Assembly (NCBI GenBank): GCA_003971905.1 | Contig: RSEE01000022.1 | Location: 310,001 to 374,000, forward strand | Length of the DNA: 64,000 nucleotides | DNA from: Moniliella sp. 'wahieum' | Lineage: Eukaryota | Reading direction: 5' to 3' | In this document: one piece after another, positions 1 to 13,346 of the stretch | Numbering within the stretch: position 1 is the stretch's first letter | Layout of the letters: each line of letters starts with the position of its first letter | Notes under the pieces: model-generated | What the model was told of the DNA's origin: nothing | Database searches by the model: none | Seen by the model: the letters and a program-made list of their open reading frames with translations, nothing else | Program-made: the position numbers and the translations under genes

Positions 1-1063
1 TCCCGAAGAGCCAGACTGGGCATCTGGTCTGGGGCTCACTTGCACTCATGTTGGCGGGGAAGGCGTGTCGCCTGTGAACGATAGTTTCTTTTCGTCCGAG
101 GGGAGAGAGAAGGAGCGAAGGGACGAGTTGGGGTCGCTGGAGCTAAACGTAGCCAGGTAATCGATTGTACTGCTGAAACGAACCCGAGTCGGGCATATGC
201 AGTGCGTACCAACCCATAGGGAACAGGGGGCAACATGCTTCGGCAACCGCACTGGTGTTCGAATCGCTGCTGGTTTGGCCCTCTGGCTCTTTGGATGGTG
301 GGATCTCTTTGGGGGAACTCTCCTTGACAGGTAAAGGCGAAGAGGCACCCCTACCCAGGATACTAAGCATCTCCTCCATCTCGTCTGCCTCGCCAAACAC
401 ACATTGGGCCCCGTCGCAATCGCATCCGAGGTCGACTTGTCAAGGATAATGTCGAACAGGATCGGAGGTTCGGTACGAGATTTGTCCTGCCCACTCCCCT
501 CTTGGAGCTTGAGCTGCCATCCTGCTCCAGCTCCGTTTGGAACTGGCCCATGAGGGCATGCCAGTCCAACAATCACCCACAATGTACCGCATGGCATCTC
601 CATCCGTTGGCGGCTCAAGCTGCTTGGCCGCCTTGATGGCCGAGCTAACATAGTCCAAATTCTTCGGGTTGGTTAATACTTCCCACGCCACGGTCAGCGA
701 ACCCAGAAATGCACATACCCAATAGTCGTGTCTTGGCAGCTTGGCACCCACCCATGCTGCGCCCGTGAGGACGTGAAGCGCACTTGAACCGCAGCCAATG
801 TTCAGACAACGTATTGGCTCGTACGGCGACACGGTCTGGTCAGAGCTAGAGCGGCGGAGCCGGATCGTAGGTGGACCCGCTGCATGCGGCTATGCCTCCG
901 AAGGAGATGGAGACGCATGCGTGGCAAGATAGTCAACAAAAGGCGGCAAGAGCGTGTCGGCGCCCGTGCCAAGCCACTCAAATTGTGTCCCGGCGGCAAG
1001 GTCGGACGCAAAACGCGATTCCCAGTAATCGGGCGTGTCGTATGCGGGGGGAGCGCCGCCCAT
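1..1063 (-). CDS. Class I SAM-dependent methyltransferase, EEF1AKMT4/Efm4-like; appears to run off the left edge; frameshifted in this assembly
   Basis: Motifs spread over three ORF fragments: MGGAPPAYDTPDYWESRF..FEWLG (890-1159), IRCLNIGCGSS and NLDYVSSAI (440-832), FDIILDKSTSDAI (46-651). ATG at 1063. Confidence 0.75.
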
Positions 1064-2320
1064 AGTGGATGCTGGAGGTAGGTAGAATGGGGTGGCCGCG
1101 TTCAAGCAGGAAGGACCAGGAATGCTGGTCCGCAGTGGTGGTGGTGATGATGGTGGCAATGTGCAGACAGATGGATAAGGTGGGGTCTGAAATCAACTGC
1201 AATGTCGGGGGGGGCGCTGCGACGCTGGGGAAGGCAGGGGGCGGAGCGTGGCTGGAGGAGCGCGGCAGAGCTGAGCGATGCTGAGAACTGAGAACTGAGA
1301 TCCTAAGAGTTCTCTGATCCGGATGATCTGAGATGGTCGAGGGGTGGCAAGATGAGGCCAGCGGATGACGCAGATGACAGATGACGCGACGGCCCCGTGG
1401 CGGGTGGCTTGCCAGAGACGGCACCGGACGGCGGAGCGAAACACACGTGGTGGCTGGGCGCCTGGAGCACGCAGGCTGAGCGAGCGCTGAACGCCAATAT
1501 AACGCAAAGCATCCTAACGTTGGTTCGTTACCCCCGCTGGAAAAAGAAAAAAAAAAAAGCAGCCCGCGCCCGTGATTATGTAATTTCCAGGGATATTGAA
1601 ACCAACTGTCCGTCGTACGTTGAACATTCAAGTTCAACCTACTGCTCAACGTACTCACTACTCACTACTCACGACTCAACCTAGCCAACATTGCTTGTCG
1701 CTTAGATTGGTACGGGGCGTTCTAGCTCCTAGTAGATATAACTGGCTACCGCCGTTACCGATTGGGTCTTAGATCGTAGGCCCCAAAGCCTACTGCCTCA
1801 GTACTCGGACTGGATAGACCTAAGCTTCAGTGCTTCACGCCCTCAGGCTCAAGCCAATCGGGACTTCCTTCGCAGGATGCTCGAGGCACTCGGCAGCAGA
1901 CCAGAGAGGCTCGTGTCGCCGGAGGGAAAGGAAGGGTGCTTGAAAAGCTTGAATCAATAATCAGGCCTCAGGTCTCAGGACACTTCGACTTGAAGCTAGC
2001 GTGACACTCGCCGTTAGTCAACGTGTAGTGGCGCGCTGCTGGCGCTACCATGCTGACAGGGCCCGGTCCTACTAACCCAGTACGTACCATGTTACAGTTC
2101 TCAGTTTGAGCCTGTTTTGAGCCCAACCGCTGGGCCAAAATTTGGGCCCAAGAAGGGTTCGTTGATTAGGAGTAGGTATATCCATTAGGAGGACGACATG
2201 CACAATGACATGTGGCAAGTCGACGTTGTCTACCAGTCACTACCACACGATTGTCGGCACTTGATAATTCCAAAAATGCGAGAAATGCGAGAGTGGGCTC
2301 TTGTGTTTGGCCGGGTATTG

Positions 2321-4201
2321 CTACACACATGGCACGAAGGAGAGTGCGCGGCTTGAGGCGCCGGCGTAGGCCTCTTCCGTCGAAGGGATGCGAAGGGGCC
2401 CAATTTGTCCCCCCGGGCTTTCTGGATGGATCTTTTCGTAGAACAAGAGATACGCGCTTTGCCCCAACACCTCCTCTAACGAACAAGGCCGCACGTCGGC
2501 ATCAGAGATGCGCAGCCACTCTTCTCTCTTGGGGTCGACAAGAGCATCCTCAAATTCGTCCGCCTCGGCAGACGAGGAGGGTCGTCGACGAAAGGCAATG
2601 TAGTGCCCATAGCCGTGCATCCCACAAATGAACCACGACTGCCATCAGACGATACATCTCGGCCCGCTCATAGACTTGCAACTCTGCCCTCAGTGCGTCC
2701 AACTTGGCCTCAGAAAGACCGAGCAGCGATGTCTGTCCTTCCCTAGGCTCAGCGCAAGGGCTTCCTCATCCGAAATGCGCGGCTCGAAACATCCTTGCGG
2801 AGGCAAACACAAGGTCTCGGGGAATGGGATAAAGGCCGAATTCTTCACCGCACCACCTGCGAAGAAAGAAGAACGAGACAAATGGATTGGGGAACCTCTC
2901 CGCCACGGAGGAGCGTCTGACGGGTGGCAGCCATGTTCGGGAACCGGTCCCCTCGTGCGCAGCTCGGACCATAGTTCCTCGTGATCAGACTCGTCCAGTG
3001 GAGACGTAACCATGTCCTGATTTTCTCAGAGAGGGGAACCCCCATCTCTTCCACCTCGTCTTCACTCAGGTTGTCCCGTAAGATCCGTTCGACTTGTTGA
3101 AGTACCCTTAATGGAGCAATTTGCGCTTTGGGGATCTACACGTCGCACCTTGTCCTTCTTGGGTTTTTTCTTTTTTCGCTTCTTGCCCGATACCGAAAGG
3201 CGGCCCACGTCCCCATTCGGCATTTCCCCTTGCTCAATATCCTTGAGCTCCAATAACCGGGAAGAAAGACGGACCTGGGTACGTCTTACGCTGCAGCGCC
3301 AACAGGTCCCATTCCACGCGCTCTTCTTGTCCCCAGCGGACCAGGGAGGAAACCAAGTCAGCCTCTGGCGTTAGCTCCAATACTGGTGAGGAGGTAACCC
3401 GCATGCCTGCTGTGTAACCACAGACCAGGCAGCGTGTCATCCTTCCTACAAGACTTTGGAGTGCGGAGAATTTCCTTTCTTGTTGTGGCGGGGAGAAAGG
3501 GAGGAAGGCCCGCAGCCCACCTCGAAGGAGCCGGGTGTATTCGCCGCAGTACCGCTGTGTACGATCCTGCTCTTCCTGCAAGGCATCCAGCAGGAGCAAC
3601 AGCAGTTCATGTGCATCTTGCTGTTCATGGGCACCCGTCAGCGTGCGCGTGCTCCATCCCCCCGGCTTGGGGGCAGAGAGGGCACGAGCGACGGCAGTTG
3701 CGTGGATCGCCCATGGGCGCGAACGGGGCCCATTGAGCTCATCCCACAGGTCCCCACTCGCTTGCAACACGGGTGCCGACAGTTCGCTCTCCCCTGCCCG
3801 TCTTCGGGCATTCTCCACTTCCTCCACGAAGCGTGGAACACTGGCCAGGGCTTGGAGAGTGGAGTTCATAAAACACGTGTTTCCTGCATTGTAGATGCCG
3901 GGGAGGTAGCCGCCGCGTCTCGTGGGTGGAGGCGGGGGGTGGGGGGAGCAAAGCGCGCCCACACACCCGATGCGCTAGGGGTCAAGCCGACGCCTAGCAT
4001 AACAACCAAGAGAGCAAGGAATGTGAGGAGGCCCACAACGAGGTTACTCGGGGGAGTCCACAGAGACGAAGTTGGCACGGATACGGTAACAATGGGCTGG
4101 AGCTGGGGCCAGTTGATGCCCATCGGCCCTCGGCTGGTAGCGGGGAAGGGCGTTGAGAAGGCGTGCGATGGTGGGTGCAAGGAAACATTGCCACTGGCCA
4201 T
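2321..4201 (-). CDS. Ubiquitin-specific protease (peptidase C19) with N-terminal TM anchor, Ubp16/USP30-like; frameshifted
   Basis: Cys box GIYNAGNTCFMNSTLQALAS, QQDAHELL, His box HGYGHY..WLRISDADV..SAYLLFYEKI. Hydrophobic LVVGLLTFLALLVVMLGVGL near the N-terminus. Confidence 0.85.
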
Positions 4202-4393
4202 CCTACAACGCCGCCAGCTGTGCTGTGCGCCCAGCTCATCGATCTCATCGGGCGTCGACTGGCTACTGCCGAAACAATCACTCGATCACCGGGATCACCA
4301 CTGTAGGACAACTAGCTGCCTGCCCGCCCAATTCCGCTCCAGTTTCAATTCTTCTGGTGACCCCCCCCCCACCAGCCCAAGTCCCCGCAGACA

Positions 4394-4742
4394 ATGGCCG
4401 CGGTGCTCAACGACGCTTTGCACTCCATCGCACGGCACGTGGCGCCCTCAACGCCATTGGCGCGCTACGTAGCGGCGGTGCTCGCGCCTGCTGCCGAAAC
4501 GTCTTCCCCGGCGGCAGCGGTGGTGCGGACGGCAACAAACCTGGACCTGTTCCTCAGCCACCAGGCGACCCATGCCGTACGTCTTGCGCGTAGCCCCATG
4601 GGCAGGACTGGATACTAACAGCAGTGCGCAGGAGCTGGTGGCCAGGTACAACCCCACCCTCTCCGCGGACGAGGAGGAGCGTGTGCGGCTGACGGCGCGG
4701 CGGGTGGGGCTGGACGTGCCGAAGGACGCGAAGCATGACTGA
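4394..4742 (+). CDS. FMC1: Mitochondrial ATP synthase assembly factor FMC1-like, two exons (intron 4577-4631)
   Basis: Intron GTACGT..CTAAC..CAG. Exon 2 gives ELVARYNPTLSADEEERVRLTARRVGL, the characteristic fungal Fmc1 C-terminal motif. Confidence 0.75.
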
Positions 4743-5228
4743 GACGACACTGCGGTGCGGCTAGCAGACTAGCAGCACAGTGTTATACTTACACGCTGGA
4801 ACTTGTCTCGTGGCCCTGTCCAATCCCATCGAACCCGTCTAATGCTAGTGCAGCCGGCATCCAATCCATTCGAGTGGTCAATGGCCGAGGCGGATGAGAG
4901 GCTGTGGAAGGTTGAAGCGGGGCGGGTATGGTAGGCTGCGGATGGCGCTGATGCTCAATGTTCAATGTTTAGTGTTCAAACGTTCAATGCCCTCGGGCTT
5001 CGGCGTGGGCTGCTGCTTGCCTCGAGCGGAGCAGGTGGAGTGCGCGGGGCACCCAGCGCGCGCACCCACCCGCACATTCGCTTGCGCTTGGTCAGCGCAG
5101 CTTGCCTAGCCGCCGCTCTTACCGCACCAGCCCCCGCCAGGCCCACGTCCTTCCCGCCCGCCGCTCCCTCCCCTCGCCCCTCGCCTCCGGCCTCCCCTGC
5201 CTCCCTCCGCCCCCGCCCACCTGGCACG

Positions 5229-7221
5229 ATGGCGCCCAGAGCTCCCGGCATGCGTGCCGCCCTGCTCCGCCACCTGGGCCTCGCCATCATGCGCTGCGTC
5301 ACCTTTTCCATCTGGGTGCAGGTGCCGCTCTGGTGGGCATTCGGCCTCCTCTACCTCCTCCACCTCCTCAGCCCCTGGGCCGTGCTTCCAGCGGCGCTGG
5401 TGCACATTCTCGACGCCCACCCATACACCGCCTGCGCTCTCTTTGTCTACAGTTGCGCCGAGAACGCCTTCTCCCTGTATTACCAGTACCTGTGCCATCT
5501 CATCCAGCAGCCCGGTCCACGCCCCATGTATGGCCGCCGCTTCTTGCGGTATGTGCTCTCTCGTGCTCTCGACTCGGCATGTTCCCCACCGCCGATGGCT
5601 CTCACCCCCTCGCCTCAGCTCTGTCCCCAGTCACGCGGCACCGACTCGACGCACACGCCTTGGAGCCCATTGAGGTCCTCCAGCCGACCCACACCCCAGC
5701 CGAGCCCCAGCCCTAGCCCCAACGTGACTCTCAACACGTCTGAGCAAGAGCGAAATGAGCGCGTACGCCGTCTTCGGCGTGTGTCCTACGTCCCGGCATT
5801 TGTCGACGATCGCCTAGCCGCCGATGATCCGCGTGCCCAATCTTTTGCCCGGAACAGGGCATGTGGTACTGGAGCCCCCCACCTCACAATTTGACCCGGC
5901 GGGACGTGGAGCATTGGCTTGCATGGGCGCTATATGGCATGCATCTTGCCGATCTTGAGGCAGAAGCAAGCGACCCGCATTCCCAAGCCCGCAATGCCAA
6001 CGCATCCCCTGCTCCGCCCTCCTGGTCCGAGCCCCAAGGCCGTCGGCCGGGGCTGGTGGATGTGATTCCTCGGCATAAGGATACGCGGGAATGGGAACAT
6101 ATCGAGACTCGCGCACGACCTGGGGAATGGAACGACCCCGTCCATGGCAACAGGCTAGACTTTTTGCGCTATTGCCGTGAACTGATTGAGGCTCGCCAAG
6201 GATTTAGCCTGTCCCTCCAAATTGAGGGAGGGATCCAAAGTGGCTCATGAAGGACCCCACAACGGGGGAAGTGATGCACCGTGTCATGCGTCTCACTATT
6301 GATCCCGTCCGTACCACAGCGCGGCCACTTTTATTATACCTCTTAGTCAACTCGTTGAGCTATCTCGAGATCGCCTGGGTGCGCCGTCATGGGTTTCAAC
6401 AAGAACAAGAGGGACGCTTGCGTTACCTCATTTACCGCCCATCTGGCTGGACTCCTGAAAAAGCTGCCAAGGACCAAACCTCCTTCACTCGCCCTCTGGT
6501 CGTCTTTCACGGGCTTGGTATCGGGCTGGCGCAGTATGACTCGGTGTTCAAGCTCCTAGTCCAAACCCCCGAGTTTAAGGACCGACCCATTCTCATCCCT
6601 CGGCAAGATCAAATCTCCATGTCAATCTTTAGCCGAGACTACCTGCGTCCGCTGGCGCACCACGAGACCACCCAGTACTTGCATCACATTATGGCACGCG
6701 AGGGCTGGCTTGACCCCAAGGTAGGAATTGAAATCCTGGGGCACTCGTGGGGTACGATTGTAGCGTCATGGACGCTCAAGTCGATGAACACGTTGGTCAA
6801 GCGATGCTGTCTGGTGGATCCCGTCTGTTTCCAGCTGTGGGTGCCGCACGTATGCTTTAATTTTGTCTATCGCCGTGCCGACGACGCAATTTCCCTGATG
6901 ATGCGGTACTTTGTGGCGCGCGAGGTGGGCACGGCCAACGTGCTGTGTCGCTACTTTGATTGGTCCTCCAACATTCTCTGGCCCGAGGAGATCCCCTGCC
7001 TCGACGATCCCAACCGGGTGCTCATCATGCTGGCGACGAACGATGCCATTCTAGATTATAAGAGCAACTACGATTACCTGGCTCATGGCATGCGCGACTT
7101 TAGCCAAGGCGGTGGACTGTTTGTTGGCCCCGGGCTGGCCCATGGCGAGCTGCTCCTGCCTCACAGCCAGGGTCTCAAACTCATTCACCAGTTCTTTACC
7201 CAGAAGAGAAAGGCGGAGTAG
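5229..7221 (+). CDS. Fungal membrane-anchored alpha/beta-hydrolase family protein; frameshifted
   Basis: N-terminal hydrophobic segments, PLVVFHGLGIG, nucleophile elbow GHSWGT, LVDPVCF. Fragments 4965-5894, 5861-6250 and 6247-7221. Confidence 0.75.
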
Positions 7222-9396
7222 CCCCCATGTATTCCCTCATCGATCCTCATCGATCATCTTTCATGCATATGTGTCTTCTTGCTCTTCTCTCGATGTAGCA
7301 AATAAAACGGGGCTAGACTCGATCGGTTCGCCTTTTGGCCAGCTACGGAGAGCGATAATCGATAATCGATAAGGGACGCGAAGAGTGCGTGCCCAAACTA
7401 CTGACACTCCAAGCGCAGCGGGGCAACGGGAGCTCTCGCCGTACTACTATGTTGCTGAGTAACCCGTCGGTGCATCATTCTCCAATATCTGCCTCCCTCT
7501 GCAGTGGAGAGGAAACGAATATATTCTTGACTTGCCTACTTAGCTCACATATGAATAGCAGTGTGCACTCTGCAACACCATCAACTGCCTGTGCTCTCTG
7601 GTGTTCGACACAATTCTCGTTCCAACAAACGTTTAACTTGAACAAACCCCGGTGACTATAGTGACTAGTGAACGTTGAACGTTGAGTACGTGTTGAGTAC
7701 GTCTTGAGTACGTTGAACGTTGAACGTTCAACCACAGAGCATTAGACTGATGCCGTGTCAGCGCCATCATGCATGCAGCTGATCACGCATCACGCATCGC
7801 GCTGTTCTATCCGACTCTCCTCTATGTTCTGCCCCTAACGGGCTCCTCTCTTGGAATAGATCCATCACCTCCCTCTGTCTTCTTCCTTCCGTAGGCCTTT
7901 GTCCTCGCATTAACATGCCGGCGAAATGGCGCGTCGTGGATGCATGATGCACATCATGATGCACGCAATGCACACTTGTAAAGACCAGAGGACAGGCAGT
8001 TGGTAGTGAATTGCATTGCACATGAGCTACAGAGGCTAGAGAATATTCCTGCCAGCCAGGAAGGAATATTGCACGGAACAAGCCAGAAGGTTCCGGACTT
8101 TTGGGCTACCGGCGCCACTACACCAGTGTGGCGTCACAACACTGTACGCGAAAGACGCGTAACGAACCCCGAGAAACGCGTACCCCCTATTATAGCGCGG
8201 CATTTACATCGCTGTAATGACTTGGAGCTACTAACTACTAGCTCGGAACGCGTACGCGTAACTGAATAAGCACTAATAGTCGCTACAGACTAGACCCATG
8301 TTTATGACACGCTATAATTTAACGCGTAAAGCGAAAGGCCAAAGTTGACTTTTGTAGCAAAAGGAGGGACTAGTGACCCTGTCGCGTGGCACGATGGGCG
8401 CATGGCCTAAATAATACGGCAGAGGTTCTGTCATGTCACATGTCACATGTCACATCAATCATCGGTCCAAATTTCCAACCGAGTATGTGCAGCCTTGGGC
8501 GCCTAGCCGCATGTCACGTGTGATGTCACGTGGCTGGGTATGTGAGGAAGCGTGTGTGTATTGTGAAGCATGTGACAGAGCATGTCAGCCGCCAGACCTA
8601 CCCCGAACGAGGCCAACTGGCAGCCACTCGGTGCTGGGCCTTATACGCGTTGGCGTTTCAATCCTCCTCCGCACTTCTTCAGGCTCTCAGGCTCAGGCTC
8701 GGGCCCTCCCCCAACCGCTGCGCCAACGGATACAAAGGGGGCTCTCCTCTGCCCGCATCCGAGCAGGCCAGCGCACGGTCCAATCGTACTATTATCGTCC
8801 GTGCAAAAGCTTGCCTTCCTTCGACGCGTGTTGTGGGCGCATAGGCAAGCATCCGCAGCGCTGTCCTTTGCGGTCCTTGCTTTGCCACATCTGTAGCCTC
8901 TCGGATCGCAGATCCACTAGTTTCTCGTCACTCTTCCAGCTTCAGATCTCCGTAGTGTGTCACATGTGACAGGTGACAGGTGCTGTGGTGGCGTGTCCTT
9001 GTCATATGTCACACTGTATCACTCGCCCGCTCCCCAGGGCAAGTAGGGCTATAGTAGGGGCCAGCCAGCCATTTTCAAGGCGCCGGCCTCCGCCTGTCGG
9101 GCGGGCGGCGACGATCAGACCCAGCACAGTTTCATGCCGGCCTCCCAGGTGCGGACGCGCCTTTGCGGGGACGGCGCCCAGGAGACAACTGGGGCCCTCC
9201 GCGGGAGGGTTTGCTTGGTGCCGGTGATTGCGCTTGCTTCTGGCACTTCTCGGATCCCATTGCGCCCCCGTCATGGTTCTTTATAACTGAGGCGACTGCG
9301 CCTGTAAAAAGCAGGCTCGACCTCCCTTTCCCCCTCCCCCGCCGTTCTCCTCTTCTCTTCTCTTGCTCTCTCTGCGCCCGCGCCCGCTCGTTCGCC

Positions 9397-10065
9397 ATGC
9401 AGATCTACTCTGTCGTCGCTCTCCTCGGCGCCGCCGTGGTTGTCCTGGCTGCCGGCAAGCCCTCCGTCGTCACTCCCACCACCACTCTCATTACTGGTGT
9501 GCCCATGCAGATCCAATGGACCGACGGCACCGCCCCCCTTCACCCTCGTCATTAATACGTTTGCTGTATGTTTTCCCTTGTTGTTGTTTCCTGCCGGGTA
9601 CTAACCTTCCAACCTGTGCAGAACGGCGTAGCGACGAGCGTCCTCAAGACGGAGACTGGTGCCACGTCGCCCGTCACCTACACGCCGCCGGCCAGCGCCG
9701 CCGGCAAGATGCTCCAGTTCGACGTTACTGACGCCACTGGCGCTCTTGGTCAGTCGGGTGCGAGCCAAGCTGTCATCGCCGGTCCGGGAGGTTCAGGATC
9801 CAGTCCGGCAAGCAGCAGCGCTTCTTCGTCGGTCGCTGCCACCTCTGCGACGAGCTCCGCGGCTGCCGCTTCCAGCCCGGCGGCATCGTCCGCTGGCAAG
9901 CCTTCGTCGGTGGCCAACTCATCTGCCGACGTCAAGTCATCCGCCTCGTCCTCGGCGGCCCCCGCGGCTGCGACGTCGTCCAAAAAGTCACCTGCCTCCA
10001 ACGTGCGTGTTGCTTCGGTGGCTGTGGCTGGTATTGTGGGCATTGCGGCCGCTGCCCTTCTCTAA
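9397..10065 (+). CDS. Secreted Ser/Ala-rich, probably GPI-anchored cell-surface protein with one intron (~9560-9621)
   Basis: Signal peptide MQIYSVVALLGAAVVVLA, Ser/Ala-rich stalk, hydrophobic C-terminus VASVAVAGIVGIAAAALL*. CTAAC..CAG acceptor at 9601-9621. TATA-like TTTATAA at ~9280. Confidence 0.75.
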
Positions 10066-11053
10066 CGATCCGTATACGTTGTTGAGAGAGACGGCAACGA
10101 CTTGCTCGGCCGAGTTCTATAGACTGCTTCCCCGCTTGGTCGCCACGTTGTAACCTTCCACCTCACGGACCCTCCGGATATGCTTCTACCTTCTTGCCCC
10201 TTCCGGCGCTCATTTCCTGTTTAGATCCTTGTCTGTCTCCAAGTCATCCTCTTATTCAAGCTGTTTGCACCCGTTTCCTTCCTCCCCACAAGTGTTACCT
10301 TTTAGCTAAAAAGTTCGTAGCTCCTTCGAGGGTCATCATGCTGCATCAGATCGTGGGCTGTATCGCCCCGTTTGATGCCAGCGAGAGAGGGTTCATCATT
10401 TGATTCTTCTTCGTGCAAGACCATGTCTACTGTGGTTAAGTATTGGAGTGCATAGCATTGTTCGGAGCCCATCTTGAAGTCACTCCGCTGTTCAAGGGAA
10501 TACGAAAAGCAGTCAGTACCTGCAACGCCGAAATGCTGGCTTGAGCTGTCATAGAGGTAGGTACATAAGTACAAGAACTATCGTATGGTTGTGGCTTCAC
10601 TACGAAAGAGGGGAGCTTCATCCATCCGAGAGCAGACAATTCAATTCAATACGAGAACCCCGCGGTAGGGGAAAGGGAGAACAGGAGAACAGAAGGAAAA
10701 GGAACCGTCGGTTCGAGAAAACAGAGCATCCGACGGTGTCGGATGCGTCCGGCAGTTGGCCGGAGGGACCAAATGATTTCATTGTATGCTCTCTCCAACA
10801 ATGGCGCATGAGTAGGTGGATAAACCCTGAGGCAGGGCCGACGGAGCGACGTGCTCGACCTCGTTAAATCTGTCCTTCTCATCGCTCATCAGGAGAGAGT
10901 GTCCACTCTCCAGTTGGACATCTTCCTTCCGTACATTCAACATGCCCTATGTATGCTGGATTTGATGGTGGGGCGCTGGGCCGTGGAACAAAAGGGCCAG
11001 TGGGCGCTAATCCAAAACAAAAGTTCAAGTAAAAGTAAACCGGATGGCGGTTA

Positions 11054-12369
11054 CTACGGCAGGTGAATGTTGCATGGGTAGTCCGTGCCGCATTGGAGGT
11101 CAAAAAAACGATGCTTCAAGGCCTTCTCGGCCGAGATGCGCAGGCTGGGGTTGGGCTCGAGAAGTTGACCGACAAGGTCCCGGAAGCAAATGTCGTAGGT
11201 CATGTACTTTGCTTCGTTCTGGTGGTACTGGTACCGAGAAAGTGGGGTGGATGAGATCGGTTTGGTGGTGCGCACAGTGCCATCGGGGAAGAAGAGCTGC
11301 TGACGCTTGTCGGCGGCAAGGTTGGCCAGCAGGCTGTTGGGCATCACACCCAGCGCGCTTTGCATCTGCGCCAAGAGTGGGGTGTCGCTGGCCTTCAAGG
11401 CGTGCTTCTGTGCTTTGTACTGGTTGCACGCCTCCTGCGTCCGCCAGACACCACGCGCATGCGGTCCAAATGGAAGCTTGCCCGCCATCAGCTCCAGCAT
11501 CACACACCCAGCTGCCCACATGTCGAGGGGCCGACCAGGCGTGGGTGCCAAGGAGCGCCTCGGGGGGAAGATAGGCCTTGGGAAGCGCACTCGGTTTGGT
11601 GCTGGGGCGAATGCGGATGTTACCCGCACCAGTCATGTGGACCATTGGCGAAGAGAGGAACGGAACCACCTCGCCGTTATTGGAGGGATTGGGGATGGGA
11701 ACAGCGGTGGTGCTGTCGAACCGAATGTGTTATGCGGCCAGATTGCCATGGATGAAGCCCTGGTAGTAGAGGGAGGCCCGAAAGAGGAGGAGTTGCTTCA
11801 TGATGGCCTGGATGTGCTTAGTGACACATGATGCTGTTCGCCCACCCAGACATTGTCTCATGCTTTCAACCTCCGTTTGTGGCGGCAGCCTCTCTCTCAA
11901 GAGATGAGTGAGTTGTTTTGGGGTGAATTGATACCTATTATGATCTGTGGGAAGCACAAAGACTCCTCCCCCTCTCTCTCTTTTGTTTACCGACCGTCGC
12001 TCCACATCTCTCCGGCACGGTCCCTGGAAATGTGGAAAAAGGGACTGGCACACGCGTACCGAATATCATATCGGAGAAGCTACCCACATTCAAGTTGAGA
12101 AAGACTTTCTTGCTAGTCATTGGTCGCGGCCCCGGAAGCAGAAGGGGGGTTCCTGCGCATGAAGGAGCTGTGGACGTTACTGCATCAGCAGCGGCACCAG
12201 TAATGAATCTGCACCTGCGCCTGCGCCTGGACCTGCATCTGCATCTGCACCCACAGCCGTGCCAACAAAAACCCAACTCGGGCATAGGCTGTCGCCAGCC
12301 CCGCCTTCATCCGTGGCGCCCGTTCTTGCACGAGATATACCTCCTCTCAATCTCCGAAGAAGGGGCCAT
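11054..12369 (-). pseudogene. Degenerate CMGC (LAMMER/CLK-like) protein kinase; pseudogene or pseudokinase
   Basis: NVGSFSD (Gly-loop relic), HIQAIMKQLL, FIHGNLAA*HI (HRD loop with in-frame TAA at ~11730), VHMTGAG in the DFG position, YLPPEALLG, DMWAAGCVMLEL, LAQMQSALGVMP, FRDLVGQLLEPNPSLRISAEKALKHRFF. Confidence 0.65.
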
Positions 12370-13346
12370 TATGTGTTCCTTTTTCTTGTTTCTGTAGCCA
12401 TGCAGTCCCTCGTCGATGTGGGTCTAGCTTGGCTACAACTACTAAATGTTTCCCTAGTGTAAAAGTCTCGTGGATTGGCTCGAAGTACCACTGCCCCATA
12501 AATACCCCACTCTCCTAGTACGATTGCATCGCACGTACTATGCAAAAGAGAGCCATACCATGCAGGGCTTCTCTAGGATGATGTTTAACCACTGTGGTGT
12601 CGAATCCTCTCCTATCCCAGGAAGCGCAATAGGATGGTTTCGTTAGTGCCATGAGCCTCACCCTCTCATGTGTATTAGCAAGTGGGATAGGATTGTTCGA
12701 CGGGAGTGGGAAATCAAAACGGAGGAACCAGAGATGTTCTCGGTGTGGTGTCATGTGTGAGCAACCTCAGACTCAACGCCCTCTCTCCATAAGGATGATC
12801 ATCCTCCATCACGCCCTTCATATCAATTTAGGAGCCGCAACACCACCTTTCATCCGCTCTGCGACCTGAGCGCGGGCGCTTTGCTGTTACTGACATCTCA
12901 GCTTAGAGGCATTCCCCTTATTGATGAAAATATACTAATACTAAGCGAGACTTTTTGCCGGCAAACCCTCTCAGACCCAACGACGATAGTGATGTTTGTG
13001 AGAGTGAGGAGACCAGGAGAGAACTAAATAAACTGATTGTGGGTAACGGGAACCGGTAACCAGCCAATCAGGGAATGGAGGAGGTGGGGATCCGGACCCT
13101 GTTTTGCTTTTATTGGGACTTTTGTTTATGGTCACGGAAACGAGCGTCCTCGCTGCCCCCTTCGTGGTCGAGAGAGTGCTTCTGATATTGCACGACAAGG
13201 TCGTCAGGGTCACATTACGGAGAATTTTCGGGGAATTACTATTATCGAAGCCATATGGCAACTTGGCTACCCCTCTTCCTTCATCTCTCCCTTTCCTGTA
13301 CATGCTTATGTGTAAGAGCGGGCGATATGAGTCATAGTCTGACTGA

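Noticed and set aside
3456..4472. Long plus-strand ORFs opposite the USP gene, and similar antisense ORFs opposite galE, FBP1, KAE1 and EDE1
   Set aside because: Shadow ORFs expected in GC-rich coding DNA, with no recognisable motifs.
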